Source of the DNA: Patescibacteria group bacterium | GTDB lineage: Bacteria > Patescibacteriota > Patescibacteriia > JAQUQO01 | NCBI GenBank assembly: GCA_028716045.1 | Contig: JAQUQO010000001.1 | Coordinates: 528,897-592,896, forward strand | DNA: 64,000 nucleotides | Reading direction: 5' to 3' | Part shown: piece after piece, positions 56,988 to 64,000 of the stretch | Layout: each line of letters opens with the position of its first letter | How positions within the stretch are numbered: the stretch's first letter is position 1 | The notes under the pieces: generated by a model | What the model was told of the DNA's origin: nothing | The model's database searches: none | Seen by the model: only the letters and a program-made list of their open reading frames with translations | Program-made: the position numbers and the translations under genes

Positions 56988-58172
56988 TTAACTAAATAAT
57001 TTTTCCAGCCCCCCGATATAGTTATCCAAATTATATTTAGCCACTGACAGCCGAGCGTTATTTTTCATTTTTAGATACTCCTCCGGGCTGGCTAAAATGT
57101 ATTTTAAAATGCCCGCAAATTCCTCCCCGTTCCCGGGCTCAAAAGTAAAGCCGTTTTTGCCAAGCTCCACCAACTCGCCGACGCCGCCGATATTGGCGGC
57201 CACCGCCGGCACGCCATAATATAAACTTTCATAAATCACTGACGGTGAATTTTCATAGCAGAGAGAAGGAACAATAGTTAAATCCGCCTGACTAAAAATT
57301 TTCCCGACTTCTCTTTGCTCCACCGGCCCCTCAACGCTGATGCGCTTGTCTTCTCCGACTAATCTTTGGGCTTCACCCATTGCCGCGCCACCACCGACAA
57401 TTCGTAAAGTTAAATTATCGTTATTAATGTTTTTAAAATTTTCTATAAGCCAAAGGATGCCTTTATGTTTTTCTATTTGCCCCAAGTAAAGCAGACGAAA
57501 TTTCTCGCTCCGTTCCCCCTCTGAGATGTCGGCATCAAAAAGCATAATAGGGTTAGGGAGAATCGTCCGTTTTGAAGTGGGGAAAAAGCCCGCGAAACTA
57601 TGAACGGATAAAAGCCACCGGCTGGGAGAAATCACCACGGCCGGGGAACTAAAAAGTTTTTGGCAAATAAAGGCGTAAATTGCTAAAACAAAATTGCAAT
57701 TTTTAATTTTCTTCTCCTCGCCCCACAAAACAATACCCGAAGGGTTAATAAGCTGAATATCATGAAGAGTGTGGATGTGTTTAATTTTCAATATTCCTAA
57801 AAGCAGGGGCGTTAAAAGGCCGATACCCTTCAAATTATGGGTTAAAACAACATCTGGCTTTTCTTTTTTTAGAATTTTTTTAATTTCTTTAAAACTATAA
57901 AAATTAAAAGTGTCAAAGATGTGCCAAAAAAATCTTTTAATCCAACTGTGTTTATGCGCATCGCCGAGCCAATATAAATTTTTCGGGAAAAATCTATAAA
58001 TAAGCTGGCCGCCTTTCACCTCTTGTCCCAAACCCGATTCTTTCGGTTTGGTGGTAATAACAAAAATTTGATAGCCGCGATGCGCCAAACCATTAGCAAT
58101 TTTAGCGGCTATCCTTTCGGCCCCGCCTCTTTCGTAGGGATAATAAAAATTGGAAATAATGCCTATTTTCAT
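56988..58172 (-). CDS. Glycosyltransferase family 4
   Basis: GGAE, GQIEKHKG, PSLCYENSPSVIYES. Confidence 0.9.
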   Translation of the reverse strand: MKIGIISNFYYPYERGGAERIAAKIANGLAHRGYQIFVITTKPKESGLGQEVKGGQLIYRFFPKNLYWLGDAHKHSWIKRFFWHIFDTFNFYSFKEIKKILKKEKPDVVLTHNLKGIGLLTPLLLGILKIKHIHTLHDIQLINPSGIVLWGEEKKIKNCNFVLAIYAFICQKLFSSPAVVISPSRWLLSVHSFAGFFPTSKRTILPNPIMLFDADISEGERSEKFRLLYLGQIEKHKGILWLIENFKNINNDNLTLRIVGGGAAMGEAQRLVGEDKRISVEGPVEQREVGKIFSQADLTIVPSLCYENSPSVIYESLYYGVPAVAANIGGVGELVELGKNGFTFEPGNGEEFAGILKYILASPEEYLKMKNNARLSVAKYNLDNYIGGLEKLFS

Positions 58173-59404
58173 TATTGAAAAGATTTGAAGAGGGATTCTA
58201 ATTTATCGCCAATAACTTTCCAATCGTATTTTTGCTCGGCCTTCTTTCTGCCGGCAAAACCAAATTGGCGGGAGAGGTCTTCGCTGGCAAAAATATTTTT
58301 AATACAGCTGGCTAAATCTCCTTCATTTTTTAAATCCGCTAAATATCCATTGATACCATTTTCGACTACACTGCGTACTCCGGGAAGATTGGAGGCAATA
58401 ACTGGTTTGCCCGAAGCCATGGCTTCCACTAAAACCACGCCAAAGGCCTCGGATTTATCAGTAGATGGCAATACGAATAAATCCGCTAAATTGTAATAGC
58501 GCGGCAAATCTTCATCGCTGACAAACCCCGTAAAAATCACTTGGCTGGCAATATCAAGGGCGCGGGCTTTGGCGATATATTCTTCTTTCATGTTGCCGGC
58601 GCCGACAATCAGCAATTTAATCGTTGGGTTGCCGATTAATTTTATCGTGCGCAAAAGATAATCTATACCTTTAAAATAATGCGCCCTGTCCAAGGCACCG
58701 ACAAAAAGAATTTTTTTATCTCCTTCACCAAGAGAATGTTTAGCCAACAACTCCCTGTCTTGGCTACGCGGGAAAAACCTTCGGGTATCCACGCCATTCG
58801 GTATTTCCGTGAATTTATCCTGCTGGGTAAAGAAAAAATTCTTGATATCTGATTCCTTCGCGTAGTCAAAAGAAGAAACGATAATTTTATCCGCTTGTTT
58901 TAAAATTCCGGTTAACAAATACTTGGTATGCCAGCGAAAAATAAATCCTAAAATCCCTCGGCCGACAACATCCATGTGATAAGTAATTATCAGCCGCGGC
59001 AAAAGACAGCGCTTTTTCATCAAACGGCAATAAAATTTTTTAACCGCGTACCAGAAATAAACAATTTCCGCGCCGCCAAAAAAAGGATAGTGAAGATGAA
59101 TAAAATCAAAATGCCCCAAACGCCACCAAAGCTGCGGCACAATTCCGGCATTGCCATAACTAAAAAACGACACCATCCTTTTTACCTCGATCTCCGGCGG
59201 GTCAATAATTTTCCCCCGCAATCTTTCCCAAAAATCCCAATACCACGGAGTTAAAACTTCCACCGCGTAACCCCGACGGGCGAGAATCAAAGAATTTTCC
59301 TTGGCCACATTACCAATCCCTCCGCGATAAGGGGGAAAAGTGCAGACAATTTCCGCTATTTTATTTTTTTTATCGCCTATTCCCATATTAAAAGCTACCA
59401 CCAA
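58172..59404 (-). CDS. Glycosyltransferase family 4
   Basis: FPPYRGGIG, IPNGVD, EAFGVVLVEAMASGKPV. Confidence 0.92.
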   Translation of the reverse strand: MVVAFNMGIGDKKNKIAEIVCTFPPYRGGIGNVAKENSLILARRGYAVEVLTPWYWDFWERLRGKIIDPPEIEVKRMVSFFSYGNAGIVPQLWWRLGHFDFIHLHYPFFGGAEIVYFWYAVKKFYCRLMKKRCLLPRLIITYHMDVVGRGILGFIFRWHTKYLLTGILKQADKIIVSSFDYAKESDIKNFFFTQQDKFTEIPNGVDTRRFFPRSQDRELLAKHSLGEGDKKILFVGALDRAHYFKGIDYLLRTIKLIGNPTIKLLIVGAGNMKEEYIAKARALDIASQVIFTGFVSDEDLPRYYNLADLFVLPSTDKSEAFGVVLVEAMASGKPVIASNLPGVRSVVENGINGYLADLKNEGDLASCIKNIFASEDLSRQFGFAGRKKAEQKYDWKVIGDKLESLFKSFQ

Positions 59405-60444
59405 ATAATTAACCGGCAGAATTGAAAATATAAATTAAAAACTGGATTTAAAATAAAACGCACTAACGGATTGGCGACCTCCTGAAAATCTATTTTACCG
59501 GTAAAAAATTTCAAAATCTTCCGGTCTTTTATTTTTCTTTTTGCCTGCACCGTTTTTCTGTCAGCGAGTAAAATCCGCCAATGGCGCGCTTTTAAATAAT
59601 ACCAACCGACCCTGGACTCTTCTTTGAGCCACCCGCCGCGCCAAGAAGAAAATAAAAGACCGATATTCATTACGAGCCAAGCGGGGAAAAATAAAATCAG
59701 TGTCGGCCATTTATAATTCTGGATTAACACCCAAAAACGATTGCGTTCCATAAAATAGTATTTCTTAATACTGCGACTAAATTCATATTTATGGCAGACG
59801 ACGGAATTTGGGGCCAATAAAATCTTAAATCCGCCGAGGCGCATCCGCCAACCCAAATCCAAATCTTCGTGATACATAAAAAACAAAGGATTAAAAAGCC
59901 CGACTTCTTTCAAAACTCCGGCTTTTATTAAAACCGCCGCACCGCTCGGATAAGTTATTTCCTTAACTTCCAATTTTAGATTCGAGTGATTCAATTGGCG
60001 ATAACCGCCGGCATAGCCAAAGCCCAAAAAATGTATCTCATTACCCCAGCTATTAATGCGTTCCCTTTCTGGATGGAGTAAAAGCAATGACTGGACAGCT
60101 CCGGCTCCTTGGTCCGCTTCGGCGACTTTAATCGCTTCTCCCAGCCATCCTTTTTCCACTATCGTGTCCTGATTCAATAAATAAATATAATCGGCGCCAT
60201 CGTCCAGCGCCCTTTTAATGCCTATATTATTGCCGCCGGCAAAACCGAGATTCTCTCGACTTTCAATCAATATCGCTTCCGGATATTTTTCTTTTATAAA
60301 TTTAACCGTGCCGTCGGTTGAATTATTATCAATAACCAAAACCTTTACTTCTTTATCTTCGGGTAAATTAGAAAAAATACTGCCGAGACAATCCGGCAGG
60401 TATTTTTCGGCGTTATAAGTGACAATAATAATATAAACCTTCAT
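59395..60444 (-). CDS. Glycosyltransferase family 2 (rhamnosyltransferase-like)
   Basis: IDNNSTDGT, NLGFAGGNN, LLNQD, FFMYHEDLD. Confidence 0.9.
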   Translation of the reverse strand: MKVYIIIVTYNAEKYLPDCLGSIFSNLPEDKEVKVLVIDNNSTDGTVKFIKEKYPEAILIESRENLGFAGGNNIGIKRALDDGADYIYLLNQDTIVEKGWLGEAIKVAEADQGAGAVQSLLLLHPERERINSWGNEIHFLGFGYAGGYRQLNHSNLKLEVKEITYPSGAAVLIKAGVLKEVGLFNPLFFMYHEDLDLGWRMRLGGFKILLAPNSVVCHKYEFSRSIKKYYFMERNRFWVLIQNYKWPTLILFFPAWLVMNIGLLFSSWRGGWLKEESRVGWYYLKARHWRILLADRKTVQAKRKIKDRKILKFFTGKIDFQEVANPLVRFILNPVFNLYFQFCRLIIWW

Positions 60445-60445
60445 A

Positions 60446-60602
60446 CAAATTTCTAATTCCCAATGACTAATTTCTAATCAAATCCTATTTTCTAAATCCT
60501 AACTACTATATAAATCACGAATTAAAATATTAAAACCGTTTTAAATTTTGATTATTTGATATTTGAATTTGTTTAGAATTTCGGATTTAGGATTTCGGAT
60601 TT
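60446..60602. repeat. Inverted pair of degenerate heptamer arrays
   Basis: TTCTAAT TCCCAAT GACTAAT TTCTAAT.. versus TTAGAAT TTCGGAT TTAGGAT TTCGGAT. Confidence 0.65.
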
Positions 60603-60925
60603 TTTCTCTCTTCTCTTAAACCCATCTCTCTCACCACTTTAGTTATATCCTGCTCAATTTTTTCCAAACGGACAAAAATACGAAAAATGACATAAAAAAT
60701 CACAACGATAGCAACGTAGATGGCTAAATCAACTCCTCTCCCGACCCCCACCCAGCTAGCCAACAAACTCGTGGTCTGGGGCAAAAGCACCGCTACCGCG
60801 ACTGCTATCCAAAAAATCAGCCAAAACAGAAGTTCTTTGGCCGTAATTTCTCCCTTTTTAAACCGCAACAAAATACGAGAGAGAACAAAAAGAACGAATA
60901 AAACAATAAAAAATTGAATTAACAT
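60587..60925 (-). CDS. DUF2304 membrane protein
   Basis: GVGRGVDLAIY, IEQDITKVVRE; downstream of a DPM-synthase-like GT2. Confidence 0.85.
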   Translation of the reverse strand: MLIQFFIVLFVLFVLSRILLRFKKGEITAKELLFWLIFWIAVAVAVLLPQTTSLLASWVGVGRGVDLAIYVAIVVIFYVIFRIFVRLEKIEQDITKVVREMGLREERKNPKS

Positions 60926-60965
60926 ATCCGTAAAGATTCGTTATTATTCTTTATTTTTCGTGTCA

Positions 60966-61634
60966 TTACTTGCTTATTTTTTGTAAAATTAATTGCCAAA
61001 GAGTTTTAAGACCCACCACAAAGTTTTGCCCTTTAGATAGTGAATAATCGGTATAGACGGCTTCAATCGGGATTTCCGTAAATTTAAAATTATGACGCTT
61101 CACCTCTTTGATGATTTCCGAGGAAACTTCCATCCGATTGCTTTTTAGATGAAGGAGGCTGGCGGCGGGGGCGGTAAAGAGACGCAGTCCCGACTGACTG
61201 TCGGTCACCCAAATCCCAAAAAGGAGATACGTGGATAAATTGCCCAACCAATTAGCAACCCTTCTCGCCAATGGCATCCCCCTGGGATTTAAAAGGCGCG
61301 AACCTATAACGATGTCATAACCGCCTTCTTCCGCGATCTTTTTTAAACGAAATATATCTTCGGCCTGATGTTGGCCATCGGCGTCAAAAGTCACTATATA
61401 ATCAGCTCCGCTTAAAAGAGCGGCTTCTATGCCAGTGCCAAGAGCCGCTCCCAATCCGCGATTAATTATATGATTAATTACCGTCACTCCTTCGTTCTCG
61501 GCGATCTCACCTGTCTTATCTGAAGAACCGTCATTGACAACGATGATATCTGCGCCACAATTTTTAACTTCCTCTAAAATTTTTTTGATTGTTTTTTCTT
61601 CATTAAAAGCCGGGATGACTACTGTTATTTTCAT
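60966..61634 (-). CDS. GT2 polyprenol-phosphate sugar synthase-like protein
   Basis: IPAFNEE, NDGSSD, FDADGQH, TDSQSGLR. Confidence 0.9.
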   Translation of the reverse strand: MKITVVIPAFNEEKTIKKILEEVKNCGADIIVVNDGSSDKTGEIAENEGVTVINHIINRGLGAALGTGIEAALLSGADYIVTFDADGQHQAEDIFRLKKIAEEGGYDIVIGSRLLNPRGMPLARRVANWLGNLSTYLLFGIWVTDSQSGLRLFTAPAASLLHLKSNRMEVSSEIIKEVKRHNFKFTEIPIEAVYTDYSLSKGQNFVVGLKTLWQLILQKISK

Positions 61635-61664
61635 AAATGCCAAAACTTTTCCTTAGCAATGCGT

Positions 61665-62684
61665 TTAATTAAATCCTAAAAGGCCTTTTTCGGCCATAGT
61701 ATATTCAATGGTCTGTTTTAAGCCTGATTCCAAGGTCACTATCGGCAACCAACCCAGCTCTTCCTTGGCCTTGGTAATATCGGGCAAACCCAAGGGGGTC
61801 ATAAAAAGCAAAGGTTTTTCAAAAACAATTTTTGATTTGGACTCCGTCATTTCAATTATTTTTTCCGCCACTTCCGCCAACTTATATTCCTGCGGACCTC
61901 CTAAATTTACGGGTTCATTAATTTCCAAAGATGCTAATTTAACAATTCCGGAAATGACATCATCAATATGACAAAGCGAAGTGGAAAAACTTTTGTCTCC
62001 ATAGATAACTAAATCCTTGCTGTCCAGCGCGTTAACGATAAAGTCGGGCACCATTTCTCCGTCATTAATTCTCATCCTGGTACCATAAGTCCTGAAAATA
62101 CGCGCGATCTTGGTATCCAATTTATAAACATCATGATAAGTATTCACTATCGTTTCCGCGAATTTCTTGCCCTCATCATAACAGCCGCGGGGAGTCAAAT
62201 GATTAACAACACCCACATCACTCTCTTTAAAATAAACTATTTCCTCGGTCCGCGGACCATAAATGACAGAAGAAGAGGCGTGAATAAACTTAGAATTATA
62301 CCGGCGGGCTATTTCTAAAAGGTTAATCAGCCCAGTGGAATTCGCTTCTAACGTTTGAATCTTAAAATCGTCAAATTTTTTTGGAGAAGTCGGGCAGGCG
62401 AAATTATAAATCTCCTGAATGCCCTGAAAGGGAATTTTAAACTTTTCTAATTCCGGAAAATTTTCCAAATCAAACGGTTTGGTAATATCATGGTTAATAA
62501 AAACAAAATCGGGAGAACGCAACAAATGCTCGATATTTCTGACATTACTAGTTAAAAAATTATCCACGCAAATAACTTTGCTTTCTTTTATCAGCCGGTC
62601 GCAAAGATGCGAACCCATAAACCCTGCTCCGCCGGCGATTAATACATTTTTCTTGCCGAATATCGGCTTTTTTGCTGCTACCAT
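61665..62684 (-). CDS. NAD-dependent epimerase/dehydratase (UDP-glucuronate decarboxylase-like)
   Basis: GGAGFMGSHLC, FACPTSP, CYDEGK, ARIF. Confidence 0.85.
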   Translation of the reverse strand: MVAAKKPIFGKKNVLIAGGAGFMGSHLCDRLIKESKVICVDNFLTSNVRNIEHLLRSPDFVFINHDITKPFDLENFPELEKFKIPFQGIQEIYNFACPTSPKKFDDFKIQTLEANSTGLINLLEIARRYNSKFIHASSSVIYGPRTEEIVYFKESDVGVVNHLTPRGCYDEGKKFAETIVNTYHDVYKLDTKIARIFRTYGTRMRINDGEMVPDFIVNALDSKDLVIYGDKSFSTSLCHIDDVISGIVKLASLEINEPVNLGGPQEYKLAEVAEKIIEMTESKSKIVFEKPLLFMTPLGLPDITKAKEELGWLPIVTLESGLKQTIEYTMAEKGLLGFN

Positions 62685-62855
62685 ATTATATCTATATTAT
62701 TGTTAAACCTTGGTTAATTATAGTAAAATTAGCTATTTTTGGCAAGAAAACGCAAAGATTTGTTCATAAAATGGCTCGGTCATCCGACTGGGTTGTCCGC
62801 TCAAATAATCAGACGAAGCTTTTCGCCTGCCGGCAAATGGGGGAAAATCATAAAT

Positions 62856-64000
62856 TTATTTCAACACGCTGGCATTCAGCCCGCCTCTAAGTTTCTGGTC
62901 AAAAGCAAAAAATTGCCACAAAACTTCCCCGCCGCCATTAAAAATTCTTACCTGCGGACCGCCTTTGCTCGCCGGCGCGGCGATAATTTCATCCTGGCCA
63001 TCGCCATTTAAATCTCCGGCGGATAAATTAACCCCGCCGCGGAAAGATTCGCTAAAAGCCAGAAATTTTTTCAAAAGTTCTCCGCGGCTGTTAAAAATTC
63101 TTACTTCGGGAACATTATCTGAGTCCGAGGCGACGATTATTTCTTTCACACCATCACCGTTAATATCTCCTACGGAAACATTTAACCCGCCGCGGAAACT
63201 TTTAGTTAAAGCTAAAAAATTCCCCAGCGCTTTCCCGTTGCTGTCAAAAATTTTTACCTCTGCGCTACTCTTACTCGCCGGCGCGGCGATAATTTCATCC
63301 TGGCCATCGCCATTTAAATCTCCGGCGGATAAATTAACCCCGCCGCGGAAAGATTCGCTAAAAGCCAGAAATTTTTTCAAAAGTTCTCCGCGGCTGTTAA
63401 AAATTCTTACTTCGGGAACATTATCCGAAGCCGGCGCGGTAATGATTTCCTCACCGCTATCCCCCAAACAATCGCCCACAGCGATACTGACACCGCCGCG
63501 AAAGGACTCGCGATAAGCCATAAACTGACCAAGAAGCTGACCGCTCTCACTAAAAATTCTCACCTGTGGGCCGCCGGAAGAAGCGACCGCCGCGACTATT
63601 TCCCTGGCGCCGTTAGCATCCAAATCTCCGCTGGCTATATTTATCCCGCCTTTGAAATTTACTAAAACCGGCCATTCTTTTATTACTCCACTGTTTTGAA
63701 AAAACTTAACATCCGCGGGAAACCCTTGCTCCCCGGAAACAAGCAATTTAATTTCATCTTTCCATTGGGCCGGTTCCGGAGCAATCGCCGGAGCCATTGC
63801 TTCCTCGTTGTTCTCCTGTGCCATAGCTAAAAAAATTTTTTCCGTATTTAATCTCCCCTTGCCCAGCTTACCGACATAGAAAGGATTTTTATCGTCTATC
63901 GGTTGGCTGTTTTCCAAAATCAATTTGATAATTTTTTCTACGGAATAGTTTGGTTTAAAAGATTTTATTAAAGCGGCCGTGCCGGAAATAAGCGGGGTGG
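62856..64000 (-). CDS. S8 subtilisin-like protease with C-terminal FG-GAP repeats, partial (5' end outside the window)
   Basis: Frame is open to the edge: TPLISGTAALIKS..GKGRLN (S8 C-terminus), then GGVNLSAGDLNGDGQDEII repeats. Confidence 0.85.
   Translation of the reverse strand, partial: TPLISGTAALIKSFKPNYSVEKIIKLILENSQPIDDKNPFYVGKLGKGRLNTEKIFLAMAQENNEEAMAPAIAPEPAQWKDEIKLLVSGEQGFPADVKFFQNSGVIKEWPVLVNFKGGINIASGDLDANGAREIVAAVASSGGPQVRIFSESGQLLGQFMAYRESFRGGVSIAVGDCLGDSGEEIITAPASDNVPEVRIFNSRGELLKKFLAFSESFRGGVNLSAGDLNGDGQDEIIAAPASKSSAEVKIFDSNGKALGNFLALTKSFRGGLNVSVGDINGDGVKEIIVASDSDNVPEVRIFNSRGELLKKFLAFSESFRGGVNLSAGDLNGDGQDEIIAAPASKGGPQVRIFNGGGEVLWQFFAFDQKLRGGLNASVLK

Noticed and set aside
1-64000. 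TGA-to-Gly recoding (code 25), prompted by the odd Gly tRNA
   Set aside because: Conserved genes are full length under code 11, and TGA terminates the 45624-46172 ORF.

Overview
64 kb of a bacterial chromosome, most likely Patescibacteria/CPR (Parcubacteria-like). This is inferred from gene content (rplI present, GWAWSENVGW-repeat surface protein, PEGA, translin and presenilin-like genes), core genes without Shine-Dalgarno (SD) sites and abundant short palindromes. The standard genetic code 11 fits. Layout: (1) 0.7-13.9 kb is an accessory island of very large secreted Cys/Asp-rich proteins (metal-binding-motif, TSP3, M23+LRR, lipoproteins). (2) 14-41.6 kb holds a fragmented cell division/peptidoglycan region (ftsX/E, rlpA-like, prsA, murE/D/G/A, ftsW, mraY), two tRNAs, a P-type ATPase, translin, a presenilin-like protease, rpmA, pyrG, rplI and ctpA. 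(3) 43-62.7 kb is a dTDP-rhamnose/glycosyltransferase cluster. (4) The window ends in an S8 protease with FG-GAP repeats. The most unusual observations are: an intact tRNA-Gly(CCC) nested inside the anticodon loop of a second, insertion-riddled tRNA-Gly; tRNA-Thr copies whose hairpin segments were swapped for palindromes; a Russian-doll family of 15-50 bp palindromic micro-insertions, found in-frame in murD and other genes; an uncalled 23-aa, 7-Cys metallothionein-like sORF with a perfect promoter and terminator; and self-contained orphan cassettes, two of which look like remote DGR targets. All calls are by eye; no searches were run.
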